Positions 25,426 through 39,129 of a DNA stretch of 64,000 nucleotides are shown here, one piece after another; within the stretch, counting starts at the first letter, position 1, and every line of letters starts with the position of its first letter. The DNA lies in contig JANJGN010000034.1 of the NCBI GenBank assembly GCA_026770705.1, positions 3,224,001 through 3,288,000 of the forward strand, read 5' to 3'. The notes under the pieces are model-generated. The model did no database searches. It was given only the letters and a program-made list of their open reading frames with translations, and had not been told where the DNA came from. This stretch comes from Isurus oxyrinchus (lineage: Eukaryota). A program made the translations under genes and the position numbers.

Positions 25426-27870
25426 ATGGGTGCTGTTCCTTTAAAGCTAATCTCCTTGTACATCTAGGAGATAGGAGTCGGAGATTTGGATGGTGCTGTC
25501 GCAGGCGCCTTGCTGAGTTGCTCCAGTGCATTTTGCATACGGTAACCACGGCTGCAACTGTGCATTGGAGGTGGAGCTAGTGCGTGTTGAAGGCGGTGGG
25601 TGGCATGCCAATAAACCAGGCTGTTTGGTCCTGGATCTTGGTTAACCTCTTGAGTATTGCTGGAGCTGTACTCATCCAGGCAATGGGAGAGACATCCAGC
25701 AGACTCCCGGTATATGACTTCTAGTTTTGGGATAGGATTATGGAGTTAGGAGGCATAATTGCCATATTTCTGACGTGCATGTGGAGTCAAAATACTTTAT
25801 GACCGGCCTAGTTCAGTTTCTGGTCAATGGTCACAATCTGGCTGTTGATTTTGGGGGATTCAGCGATCGCAATGTAATTGAATGTATTTGGGGAGATGGT
25901 TCAATTCTCTCTTGCCGTAGATCGTCATTGAATGGCATTCTTGAGTCACGAACTTTCCTCACCACTCATCAACCAAAGACTGAATATTGTTCAGAAATTC
26001 ATGCGTATTCACAAGTGCTGCTTCAGTAACTGGGGAATCACGAATGTTGCTGACATTGAGCAATCGTCAGCGAACATCTTACTTCTGCAATTATGATGGA
26101 GAGAATGTCATTTGTGAAGCAGTCAGAATGTGTGGGCTGAGGACATTAACCTGCTGTCGCCTTGCATGGAACTCGTGGAACGTGTGTTATCAAGCTCCAA
26201 TAACCACAACCACCTCCCCTAATGCCAATTATGACTACAACCAGCGGAGATTCCCCCCTCCACCCATCCACCACCCCCCAAACCCCACCGATTCCCATTG
26301 ACTTCAATTTTTTTTTTCTAGAGCTATTTCATGCCACACTCGGATATATTTTACTTTGATGTCAAGTCAAGGGAAGGCTCTCACTTACTTCTTTAATAAA
26401 GTTATTTTGTGCATGTTTTGAAAAAGGCTGTACTGGGGTCAGGAGGTAATTGACTGTGGTGGAACCCAAACTGAGCGCGAGTGAACATTTAATTACTGCG
26501 TAAGTGCTGCTTGACAGCATTGTCGATGACTGTTTGCTAATGATTGGGATTAGACTAATAGGGCCGCAATCGTCCAAGATGCATTGTTTGTGCTTTATTG
26601 CAGACAGAACATAGCTCACAATTTCCCACATTTCTGGGTAGGTACCAGTGCTTTTGCTCAATTCGAAGAACTTGGCTAGAGTCACAACATGGATTGGAGC
26701 ATAAATCCTCAGTAAAGTTCCCTGAATGTTGTCAGAGCCCATGGTATTTGCAGTGCAAATTGCATTTAGTCATTTCTTGATATCACTTATTGTGTACCAA
26801 ATTGTTTGAAGATTGGGATATTCTAAGATGGACAGCTCAGAGGAAGACCGAGCTTGATCAAGCACCTGACATTCTTGGCTCAAGATGTTTGCACATGCTT
26901 CTGCCCTGTTTTATGTACAGATGTGCTGTGCTCTGACTCACCGAAGATGGGGCTATCTTGGGAGTATCCTCCCCAAGTTAGTTGTTTAACTGCCTACCAC
27001 TATGCACGGCTGGATGTATTGATATGCTGAGTCACCAAACTGCAGATTGTGGTTTTGTGCAATTTTTCTGCTGCTGATGGCCCATAGTGCCTCGTGAATG
27101 AACAGCTTTGAATTGCAAAATCTGTTCGGAATCTATCCCATGTAGCATGGTGATCGTGACTGACAACATGACTGACGGTATCCTCAATGTGAAGAATTTC
27201 GCCCTTCATAAAAACTGTGCCCTGGTCACACTTCGAAATATTATCATGGGTAGATACATCTGCGACAGGTGGACTGGGGAGAAATTGATCATGTAGATTC
27301 GATTTTTTCATTCTTGTTCATTCCCTCGCCACCTGCTGGAGATGAAGCAAATCAGCTATATCCATTACGACGCCGCTAGATCCGTCAACATTAAAGTCCA
27401 ACACAGTGAGTGCATTTTGTGTCTCATCACCCTCAATGTGTCATTCAAACTTTGTTCAAAATGGGAGATTACTTATTTAAAAGATGGATGTGTTTGTGTG
27501 GGCGATGCAGTTGGAGATAATCAGCAGGTGGTTTCCTTGTCCGTTTCTGGCGTGATGTGCTGAGAATTAATGGCGCCTGGGGTAAAAGGCAGCGTATCCC
27601 ATGGCAAGGCGCCCCTACCATGCATTCCACTGTGCCGAGACCCTCCTTCGACTATCTTGCTGGTGGGGCAGAACGTGCCAGTGGTTGTGATGGTCTTGTC
27701 TGGTACATTGTCTGTCAGTTTCATTTACTGAGTATGGCTATGCCAGGCTGATGCAATAAGAATCTGTGAGACAGCTCTCTCAATTTTGACGTGAGCACCC
27801 AATAAGGAGGGCTTTGCAAGCTTGGGCTGATTTTATCCCTTTCAGGCTTCGTCGATCTCTGATACATTTT
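25425..27870 (-). mobile_element. Long decayed CR1/L2-clade LINE (APE + RT), a high-copy family in this window
   Basis: ORF 26362-26742 MGSDNIQGTLLRIYAP...LAKFF....TGTYPEMW...GPISLIPIISK matches the RT N-terminus. ORF 27521-27724 LTDNVPDKTIT is APE-like. Confidence 0.8.
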
Positions 27871-28149
27871 ATTGATGGGACATCTCAGATGGCAGTTAAG
27901 AGTCAACCACAATGCTATTATTCAGGGGCCATAAAAAAGCCAACTAAATGGCAATAGTAAGCCAGATTGGGATTTACAGCAATCAATAGTGGCCGTATGG
28001 ACACTCTTGTTGAAACAAGGTTTTAATTCTACACTTAGTAATTCAATTTAAATTCCATTTGCTCCCATTGCAAGGATGTGATCTACTGCATCGAATACAT
28101 AATCCTGGGCTCTTGGATTACTCGCCCAATGACTTATCACTGCGCCACC

Positions 28150-29150
28150 ACATCTCCTTTTCAATTTCTTTTCAGACAAGCTTCCTAGAGATTTTTCTCT
28201 CAGTCCAGCTAGCAAAGGGCCATGACTGGATATGATGTTTGTGAATGATTTAGGGCAATTGCAATTTTGTCTGTGGGATAGCACTGTGAGCTATCAATGA
28301 ATGATGATGGTGAAGAATACAGATCTGTCTAGTGTAGCAATTCTAATTTTGAGGAATGCTAACATAAATGGAGTAAGATGGAACGTAGCCGTCCAAAACA
28401 GAACCACAACATGACAGGAAAATCTGCTGAAAAAGAATTGGTGATTTTGCTGGGGGAAATAAGTCTAGATCAGACCAGATACTTTTCAGTAAAACAGGAA
28501 AGACAGGAAGGTATCTAAACCAAATCTAGGGCTCTTTGAATAATAAAAGAGAATCGGCGAAGCTATAAAAACAAAGGTTAGTATCATTCATGTGAGGTGA
28601 GCTTTTAAAACGAGAACTAGCCAATGCACAAGAATTTGAGAATGGACATTAAACAAGGACATGGGACTGGAAAAGAGAGAATATGGAAATATAATGAAAT
28701 TTAACATGAAAGCGAACCCAAAATTATTCTGATGGTGTACAAATAGTGGATGTGTTGGAATCAACTTGGTGGGACCTATTGCAGAGTAGCAGATTGATAC
28801 ATGCGCTAAATTAGCAATGTGTATCGATATTTGCTAAGAAAGAAGATGCTGACAACATATTGATGTAGTGGAAATGGTAAAGGTAATGGATGAGGTGAAA
28901 ACTGATAGGAACTGGAAAGACTGGCTGAGCTTAGAATGGACAAGTTGTTTGGCTTGAAAGGCTTGTGTTGGAGCGTGAATGAAGGACGTTCGAGTTCAGA
29001 TGGGAAAATCTTTTTTATAGTAATTGAATCTTCCCCGGACACATGTCAGGATCCAAAGAATTGGCGAGTGAAAAAAACAGCCCCCCTAATCAAGAGGGGG
29101 TGTAATTTCCTTTCTGGTAATTGCAGACCCGAGGGTTGAGCACAACAGGT
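28150..29150 (+). mobile_element. CR1 ORF2 middle fragment
   Basis: APE-end remnant, then gatccaaagaattggcgagtg...caagagggggtgt...ggtaattgcagacc (PxDWRxA...KKG...GNYRP-like). Confidence 0.7.
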
Positions 29151-29414
29151 GGGAAATGTTTGAGAATCTGCTTATAAGATTATGAATAGATTGTCCATGT
29201 GACAGGAACTAATAAATGCTGTCGCCGCCAGCTAAGCCATCGGCTCGATTTCCTTTACTTGACAATGCGAGACTACAGCAGAAAAACATCATATCCCCCA
29301 GTCCAGTCATTACCGAATGTTTGCAATAGCAATTCAGCTCAACCAAATTCCCGATCCTTTTGTTGTACACATACATTTACAGTTATGATTGTATATTCCT
29401 GTGCCATACTCTCA

Positions 29415-29960
29415 TAATCACGAACCAAAGAGTCACACAGAGCAGAAGAGGCCCTTCGGCCCATCGAGCCTGGACCAACACTTTGGAAACACCTGACCTA
29501 CCTACCTATTCCCATTTACCAGCACTTGACCCATAGACTTGAAGGTTGCGACATGTCAAATATTCTTACAAGCACTTTTTAATGAATGTGAGGCAACCAC
29601 CATTTGGCACCCTTCCAGGCACCACAGTCCAGTCCGTCACCACCCTCTGGATAAAACAAGTTTTTTTCCTCACATCCCTCCCAAACATCCTTCCCCTCAA
29701 TTGGAACTGGAACTGGAATGTCCCCTTGTGAATGACTTTTCAACTATGGGGAACAGATGCTCCCTATCCTTCCTGTCCATGCCCCTCATAACCTTTTACT
29801 CCTCGATGAGGTCGCCCCTCAGTCTTCTCTGCTCCATCGACAACAGCCCAACTCTTTCCAACCTCTATTCATAACTTAAATGTTTCATCCCATGCAACAT
29901 CCTGGCGAATCTTCTCTGCAACCCCTCCAGTGCAATCACATCCTTCTTATAATGTGACAA
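29415..29960 (-). mobile_element. CR1 LINE 3' end, relatively well preserved
   Basis: Reverse complement of the CR1 tail: cagaagaggcccttcggcccatcgag...gtcgcccctcagtcttctctgctcc. Confidence 0.85.
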
Positions 29961-31229
29961 CTGTATTCCAGAACCGAAAGGGTAGCGTTGTTAAAAAATA
30001 AAAACATTCTTCTTCTAGCCACTTTGATTCTTCTGTCGTTCACCTTGAATCTGTACCCTTTGATTGTTGCCCTCTCCCTCAATCTGCACGGCATCTTTCA
30101 ATCTACCATGTCAAGACCCCTCATTACTTTCAACATCACTATCAAATCTCCTCTCAGCCTTTTCTTATTTTCAGGGAACAAACTGGAATTATCCACATGG
30201 TCCTCGTAAACTACTTTAATCTTCTATGAAGGGTGCAGGGATAAAGGTAGGGTGATGGCGCTAGGTCATAATGTTCATTTGTTAATCTGGGAAGGCACCA
30301 CGGGCCGAAAAGCCTCCTTCTGTGCCGTTAAGATATGTGATTATGTGAAATTATTCTCATAAATCTTTACCACACTGCCTGTGGATAGTCCTTTATAATG
30401 CATGATGGTGGGAACTTGACACTATGCTTACATTGAGGTCGCATCACTGCTTTTTCAAATGTTCAAAGCAAGTTTCATGTTTTTGTTTGCAACTACTTAT
30501 TACTTTCATTAACCCGAGTGAATATTTGACCACTTTCTCAGCCTGCCACAATGACCGACTTGCCAGAATATACGTCAGAACTCAGTTCTGAAGCAAAAAT
30601 AAAACATCAATAGAATGTGCCCTTCATTGCTGTCCTGGCTTTTCACTCCATTCCCTGAATTCTGACTTGAACCTATAAAATTCTGGCCAAAAAAAAAAAA
30701 ATTGCGCTGAACTGAAACACGGCTGTAATTCTGCAACAAGCCAAAATAATAAGTTAAATGGGAACATAAGTGTAATTTATTTTACAAGTGTTAGTTAGAT
30801 ATTACTTTACATTTTAGACATTTGAGGTATTTTCACAAATAAATTAATTGACGGCATCATGCTGACGAGGGGGGGAATAATCTCTTTTACAAGCAAAAGA
30901 GTGTAATAAATAATTCAGGGAAATGTTCTGGGGGTATAAACGCGCCTGGTTTGTGAACAAAAAGTTAGTTTTGCACGAATTGTTTTCTATTGATACACCC
31001 ATAATTCAATTAGGTTGACTTTAATCAGACGAGGCATACAGCAGGTACAAACACACAAGATAATTCTGATTCTTCTTGTCCGGCAATGGAGTTTGCAAAT
31101 TAATTATTCTCCCAATATTAATGGGAAAATATCAGCAAATTTGATTCAGCTCATTTCACTGAGACGAAGCAGTTAGATGAAAAAAAAACAGAATGCAACG
31201 TTTTGGGGCTTATCAAATTCGTCACTCAC

Positions 31230-31265
31230 TCAATTCCTTTATTTTCTCCTGCAGGCCTTCTATTT
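31230..31265 (-). CDS. Microexon E6 (36 nt, phase 1-1, class A); peptide KIEGLQEKIKEL
   Basis: Minus strand reads ttttaatttcgttgcag|AAATAGAAGGCCTGCAGGAGAAAATAAAGGAATTGA|gtgagt. Clear a/d hydrophobic pattern I..L...I..L. Confidence 0.88.
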
Positions 31266-31489
31266 CTGCAACGAAATTAAAATTGGTCAGACTCCTAAGT
31301 TTGACCCTAATTGACGAGCCATGCTCCTTTCCAAATGGAAGCTTTCAACGCATGCAATAACGGATCTGTTTATCGATATGAATGCAACTGAATAGGATTG
31401 GTTTCTCATCCTGTCTCTCAGTGTTTCATATTTGGCCGTGCTGAAGCATTGTTGATAACTACACTTGCAATTACATTTGCAAATACATA

Positions 31490-32060
31490 AGAACATCAAT
31501 AAATAAGAAATATGAGCAGAGGGCGAAGCATAATAATCTCGAGCCTGCTCTGCTATTCAATGAGATAAACGCTGATCTGCTGACTCGGCTACAGGTTATC
31601 ACCTGCTCCCCTTTTTTCGATGAGGTATGAACCATCAGTCTATCGAAGACGTAAATATACTCAACGATGTATCATATACAACCCTTGCCGGTAGATGTTC
31701 TCAAATGTCATAATTCTTTTGAGTAAAGAGGCTGAGAAAAAACTGATTGATGAATTCCGGGTCCATAACCATAAAATATGTCCTCATTCACTGGATTCTC
31801 CAGCCAGAGGCGAAGACATTATTATGACTACCATGATAGTTCCCATACAGAATCGGTTGTGCTGTAATGCGATCTCCTCACATTCTCCTAAACGCCAAAT
31901 TATATAGGCCCAATCTAACCTTTTATTTTTTTCAACAGAACAAGACTCTTCCCTCATGAATCAATCTTCGCTGTATCATCTCAAATGCAAAAATGTCTTC
32001 TCATGAATAAGGAGACAAAAAATGCACACTGTTCTCCAAATGTGGCCTCAAAAAATTCCT
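31490..32060 (-). mobile_element. CR1 LINE 3' end
   Basis: cataagaacatcaataaataagaaatatgagcagag...ctcgagcctgctctgctattcaatgagata is the reverse of a CR1 tail. Confidence 0.75.
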
Positions 32061-33879
32061 TTATTTTGCAATTCTTCTTTCTGGCTTCAAGGTCCTTCAC
32101 AATCAATTTGATCAATTTGCTGGCATGATCCTTAGTTTATAATTTTCGCAACCACCTTCTCTCTCATCCAGGGTGAAATTCATGATCTTTCATTCAGTCA
32201 AATTGACCTGTAACTGCTAACATTTTTCTAAATGTGTAAACACGTGCAATTGTTCTTAGAGGGCAGACTGCAACAGCAACAAATATACAAAAAAGTGGAT
32301 ATAGTTTCCAAGCGAAAAAGGAAAGGGGTTCACTTTGGCACGGTACCTTACCAGGCAGTGGGCCGGCAAAAATGAGCTGTATTGAAATTTCTTCGTTTTT
32401 CTAACTGTATCACACCTTAAATGTCAATACCAAGTCTAGGACGGATATTCAACAAGTTCCTGATGAAGCTGCATATTTTGTTTCTTTTTCCTTTTGTTTA
32501 AGATACAAATATTGGTTATAATATTTGGAGAATGCTTCCAGATTTGAAGGAAACACTGTTTAATATCATTTAAACCCACAAGAAAAGCATTAAGGAAAAC
32601 GAATTTAACGGGTGAGTGGAAAGGAAGCACCATCACAACTTAAAAATATACAAATGCCTCAGTGCTTCACAGCCAATTTATGGAATTTATGCTCTTGGTC
32701 CTGTAAAGGAACTGTAGCAACATGACTCTGACTAAGCCAATCGAGGTATCCATCGAATTACAAATTCCACCAACAGTAATTACACCTGGGTGCTGTCCAA
32801 TGAACGGAACTATTGAGGGATTTTACACCAGAAAAGTTTGAACTCGAAATTAACTTAAATTCATGAAATTACATTGAAACACTTAAACATTAAATAAATG
32901 CGTTGATGCATGTTTTTCAAAGAACAAATAAAATGATTAGTGAGCTAATTGGTATGTTTTACCTAGTATATTGCGGTCTGTTTCAATCTCTACAAGAGGC
33001 AAGTCATATAATGAATAAAATAATATTTCAGGATATGATGCGAACAAATACGAAATCATAATCATTCAGAACAGAATGTAAATGTCATTTATGCCATTGT
33101 GAATGTACCACCACTTTGAAAGAGCCATCCGTCTACCCTCTTCGTTCTCAACAGCACTGCATTATTTCATTTCCTTCTCTTTAGATAATTGCATTTAGAA
33201 AGCTCCTATTAATTGCTGATATATCTTTTCAAATAGGGCGTTCCAAATCATTAAAAAACACGCTTTGTAAAATAAAAAAAATGAAGTATTTGCAACAGAT
33301 CACCCTGCCCGAGCGAGAATTTGCCACCAGTTTTCTTTTTTGGACAACCATCTTTTTTTTTATATAGCACTGTTAAAATTCCCATTTGCCATCTGTGTTG
33401 TAAAGAGGAATACTCCGCTGTCACTTTCCCCGTAAACAAAAGCACTTTTAAATGCCACAAGTGAAGCGACTTCCGAACGTGAATATAACTAATTGTATTG
33501 AAAATATGTTTTCTTTTTGGATGATATTTGTGAAGTTATATCATTTACAACTGTGCATTTGCCATAAATACGCGGGCTTTATAAAGTGCACAACGTTAGC
33601 TGATGCTTGGAGGCTTCACTAACTGCGCTCATTAGGCTAAGCTATTAAAGTAAAGATGATTCTATATTTGGACTTCCGGGACTGTTACCTGAGCAATGTA
33701 GATGGGATAAGGATTAAAATATAAATCACAACTTTCTGTAACTTGGAGAATGCCTTTTTGTCTTGACCTAGCACACTGATGTTGGCTCTGGCGCCTCATC
33801 TGCGTGGTTTGTGCACTTTCGCTTCAGTCAAGTAGTTAATGTGGAATTTACCACCGATTCAACATCCAACAGGACATCC

Positions 33880-35760
33880 TCCAAATTATTGAAATGTGAA
33901 TTTCACCTTCAAATATGTCCCCGTCCCACCATCGGCCAAATATTCTCTTCCAAGTTCCAGCATCCAAAAAAACATTTCTTGTGAACCTAAGGATCGGCTG
34001 TCCAATATCGCAAATTTATCAGCAGATCTAGCGTGGAGCGCACTCAGTCCCTCAAAAGTGCTTGTCGGGAACGGGCCACTGATGTCCTAATATTCAAGCA
34101 GGCAGGAATTAGGCAATACCGACATCTTGGAAGTTTGTAGTGCCAGAGATTGGGTTGGGCGATCATGTTTTCAAACAATGCTGAGAGATGTGAACAATGA
34201 ACTACTGCCTGAACCGGAGCCGAACAGGAATCAGAGAGTGCCAGGAGAATTGAACTTGATGCGGGTTAGGACATCGACAGCAGAACCTTGCACGATGTTC
34301 ACACAATGTGAAGTAGAATGTCGTTGGTGAAGATGGAATTTGTTGGAATTGTCAACACTTGGCACCAAGATACGGTATGAAGTTCTCAGCACCCGATGAA
34401 TAGAGACAGAGTTGGACTACCGTGATGTAACGGATTTATAAATATACATTATCCGTTCTGGAGACAAAATGTGGTCAGAAACATATCTGGGGTTACATGT
34501 AACATACATTTCATTGTCTGGCACAAGTGCAAAGGGGTGACAGATGTAGTCAGCGGCTCGGAAAATGCGTTTTTAATGGGTCTGCTTGGTCTCTACCCAG
34601 TGATATTTTCTCTCACATTAATTTTAGAAGGCAAAATTCGAACAGTGCAATGGTGACACGCACAGCTTGAAATAGTAAGCTTCGCTCACGAACAATCTTT
34701 GGAAGTCATTCCCTGTGCGAATTTGTGATAGCAAAATCATGTAATATAGTGCCATGATCATTATCAATTAAAACATTTAGCACTAAATAATCTGAGGATA
34801 ACAACCTGGTTTAGCAGTCTCAGATAATGCTAATATTAGTAGTCTGCTGGCCATCGCCCATATAAAACTCTCCATAAAACAACAATGGCAAATTGTAATG
34901 TCATGCAAATAAAAAACAAACAAACGTATAAATAAATAAATGAATAAATAAATAAATAGACATTCATAGAGGCATTACAGCGTAACATTTATCAATATGA
35001 CAGGTAAGTATATATTATTGCAGATTACCAAAATCATAGCCAAAATGAAAGGTTTTATGTAAGTGAAGAAATTGAGTAAAAGAGCCGGAGAGGATCAGGG
35101 AGGGAGTTCCAAATTCTGAAGAGTTGAAGTCACAGCCACCAATAGTGGCGGGATTAAAAGTCGTCATGTTAGTTTGAAATTAGAGAAGCGTACACATCTC
35201 AGAAGGTTTTTGGGAAAAATGATTTACGGAGAGGCTAGGTCATGGAAAGCTTTGAAAAAAAAAGGATGGCAATTGTTACGCTGAGGTTGTGCTTAGCAGC
35301 AAATCAATACAGCGGTCATGTCTGAACGGCAGTGGCTTTATTTTGCATAATGAACACACCCATTTTTTTTTATAATGCCAATTATGCAAAGAGCAGGAAG
35401 CAGGAAGCGAGTTAGACACTGGTCAAAATAATTATATGTGCATTTAAAATGCAGAAAGGGGGGTTTCTTGAGGAGAAGGATTGAGGCAAGGATCCAATCT
35501 GCTCATGTAACCGATGCAGAAATAGACGTGTGGGTGGAAGGCGGGTTGGAAAAGGAGGTGCAAATTTTGTCAAGTCCTGGATAAATGCTTGAGATTCAAA
35601 GCACCATTAACTGAGACAGCGAGGTCTGCTTCAGCCTTAGACATTTGACAAGACTAAGACAAAATAATGCCAGAGGGAAGGTGTTGTGAGAAGTGAGGCT
35701 GAATTGTAGCACGTTGTTAGCAGCCTTAATGTGGAAAGTGGTGTCACTGACAATCGACCT
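33880..35760 (-). mobile_element. Cluster of decayed L2 LINE fragments
   Basis: Reverse L2 tail gggagggagttccaaatt...cagccaccaatagtggcgggattaaaa near 35095-35160, with similar pieces upstream and at 24200-24660. Confidence 0.5.
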
Positions 35761-35784
35761 GGTCGCACAGGGGATTTTAAAAAA

Positions 35785-36470
35785 AATCATTCATGGGATG
35801 TGGGCTTCGCTGGCTGGGCCAGCATTTATTGCCCATTCAGAAGGTCATGGTGAGTTGTCATCTGGAATCGCTGCAATCCATGTGGTGTAGGTAAACCACA
35901 GTGCAGTTAGAAAGGGAGATCCAGAAATTTGATCCAGCAATAGTGCAGGAACGGCACGATATTTCCAAATCAGAATGGTTGGTGACTTGGAAGGGAATTT
36001 CCACGTGGTTGTGTTTCAATCCATCTGCTGCACATATCCTTCTAGGTGGTATTGGTCGTGGGTTTGGAAGGTGCTCTCTTCGGAGATTGGTCAATTCTTG
36101 CAATACCTTCAATAGATGGCACACACTGATGTTACTGTACGTTGGTGGCGGAGTGAATTAATGTTTGTGGATGTGGTGCCAATCAAGCGGGCTGATTTTT
36201 CCTGGCTTTCTGAGTGCTATTATGCCTGCACTCATCCGGGCAAAATTGTGACATCATACTCCTGACTAGTTCCATATTGATGGTGTACAGGCTTTCGGGA
36301 GTCAGTAGTTGAGTCATTCGTCCTAGCTTGTGGCATGCTCTTGTAGCCACAGTATTTATATGGCTCGTCCAGTTCAATTTCTGGACAATGGTAACCTCCA
36401 GGATGTTGATAGTGGGGGATTACATGATGGTAATGTTATTGAACATCAAGGGGCTATGATTGAATTCTCT
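35785..36470 (-). mobile_element. CR1/L2-clade LINE 3' portion
   Basis: Reverse complement of the tail at 42800-43350 (gggatgtgggcttcgctggctgggccagcatttattgccc). Confidence 0.85.
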
Positions 36471-37349
36471 CTTTTCAAATAATCCAGCAATTCTACATGC
36501 AAATAAGAAACAGAAAGCAGAAATGAGATTTTTGGGCTAACACAGAAATCCCAGTGCGGAATTCAGAAGTCAACCTTTGACTGTGATCCTCTGGCCATGC
36601 TAATATGGATAACAAAACTATCAGATAAATGCAATACTACGCAGTTCGACAACTGCAAGGAAGCATTGCAGAAGGATAACACATTTAGTTGCATCAAGGG
36701 CTGCTGACAGGCCGAGAAGAAAGTCGGGACATGGCTGCCTTCGTGTTTTGTTTCACCACATATCTTCGCTGATTTTAATGAGATAGATTTTTTTAAAATT
36801 ATGGCTGGATCAGAACACTCATTGAAAGGAATCAAGCATACAATTGTGGGGAACAATGGTCTGACACCTGGAATAAGACACATGGGACAATGGAGAGGAA
36901 AGAGTCGCTGTCGATGGCACGGTGGATTTCAACATTGGAAGAAATAAGTATTGTTTTCTGAGGCTAATAATGATGAAGACCGTTTGGAAGGACCCATGGA
37001 CAAAAACAGGTTTGGGGATGTTAACAATAACAAATAATATGTGCACCAGGAAATTTCGTTTGGTGGTCAGTCGTTTTCAGATTAGTGACAAGGGAACATG
37101 AAGTGGATCTCCAGGACAATATTAGCTCTGAGTGGTCATGATGCATAATAGGAGATGAACAGACAAAACATACAAGTTAAGCCTTACGTCTGGGGAGAAC
37201 TTAGATAAATTCTGCCCAATGGGTTATTGGAAGAGAGTGAAAAGTAAGAAACAGACAGACGGAAGGATCCAAAAATAGTCACATAAACAACTTGCCTTTG
37301 AAGATGAGGGTGGAAAGGAGTTTATGAGGATCGAGGCATGACTCACGAA

Positions 37350-38110
37350 GTACTGATATGCACTGAAGGAGGTCATTCGGCACAGAGAATCCATGCTCTG
37401 TATTGGCGGAGAAATCCAGTCAATTCAACTCCCCATTACATCACTGTAACACTAAAGGTTTTTTTTTTAATTTTCATTTGAACGTCCATTCAATTTCCTT
37501 TTGACATCATTGAATATTTTTCTTTCTCCAGACTCTTGGGCAATCACTTCCAGATCCTTGTCACTCGTCACGTTCCACAAACATCCCTTGCCGCAAAACA
37601 TAAACCTCTGTCTGATAGTTCCTGTATTATCAACTAGTGAAGCGGTTTTCCTTATATATCTTAACTAATCTTGTCAAAAATATTGCATGATTCTATCAAA
37701 TCTCCCTCAGTCGTCTTTGTTATAGGAAAGGAATATAAGATGCTACATTCTAAAGATATAATTAAAACTCTCCCTCCACGAAGCCAATACAATGACTTTT
37801 AATTGTTTCCTTTCAAGTACCCTTACTTAATTATTAAGTTGCAGTGCGGCAAAACGCAGTCAGTCCTCCTGTAGCTGCCTACTCAGAATTTTAAGAACGT
37901 TCAACATAATCCCCCTCTCTTTGTATTTAACAATTATATTTGCAAATACCGGAATTACTTGAGCCTTGCAATTGACTCTGTGAGTATGTCCTGCTATCTT
38001 TAACGAGCGATTCGCATGCACCACAAGTTCTTTATTCCTCTGGACTCTTTGGAACTGTCCCGTGAGTTCAGCGATTTGTATCCTCCATATTGTATGCCAT
38101 TCCTCATATT
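37350..38110 (-). mobile_element. Decayed CR1 3' fragment
   Basis: gcactgaaggaggtcattcggcaca...tctatcaaatctccctcagtcgtct. Confidence 0.65.
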
Positions 38111-39129
38111 GACTGCATTTTTTTTCTGAAATTCAACTCTTTATAGCAAGAACCAAATCACTTATATATCGAAAAAATATGCAGTGGACTTGCAGTGACA
38201 AAGGAGAACATCACGTTACAGTTTTATTGTCAGTGTCTGGTTCCATTTCACCCTGATTATATCGCTCATCAAAAATTTGAAATTATCCCTTTTGCATTAT
38301 CCAGTTTCTACTTTATGCCATTTCTTTAATTTCTCCATTAGAGCCCGATACTTACGATATGATGATCATTCTTACCAATTGCTCGCCTGCAGGCTATTAG
38401 GCACAGTTCATTTCCCAGCAACAGGACCCACAATGCCTGTTTCCAAGTCGGACAGACGCAGTTCTGATGAATTAGGTTTTCCTGAAAAGCTTTTAGAAAT
38501 CTCCTCCCTTCCATAACATTTACACCAACATTTCACTAATCGATAATTAGGTAATTAAAGTCCACTCTTATCACGACTTTTTAGTTCTTGCACAAGTCTG
38601 TGCACTCCTTGCACATTTCTTTCTCTCGGTCTCACTCACTCACTCTCTGTCTCTCTCTCTGTCTCGCACACCCACCCTCGGCACACACTCCCTCTCCCTC
38701 TGTCTATCTCTCAGCTGGAGATCTTCCCCCACACATGGTCCCTCAAGATAAGTGAACAGCCCTGAGCTTCCCAGATGGGACAGGAATTGCAAGCAAGCGT
38801 TCACAGATAACCGATTGAAAGGAAACTTACATTTCCCTCTTTACCAGCCTAGCCAGTAGCCTTTTTAATTATGAATATAATTTATAAACTCTAGGCCTGC
38901 CTTGTTCTTACATTGTTTTAATTCATTTGCTGTTATACGAACGGCGATTACTTATTTTTATTTGCAAGCTCCTAATTTAAATGAGTTTCCCGGTTTACCT
39001 AGAGAAAGGAGGAAGATAAAGCAAAATATCCCCAAAAAATAACTGAAGTCAATGAGATTCAAGTAACAAATCTCCAATGTTTGAAATCAGGCCTTAAAAA
39101 AGAATGTTGTTTCTGATAGTTTCCTTCCA

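Noticed and set aside
30564-30587. 24-nt in-frame minus candidate with a GC donor (KLSSDVYS)
   Set aside because: Non-canonical donor, atypical length, abuts a CR1 remnant and breaks the E6-E7 heptad register.
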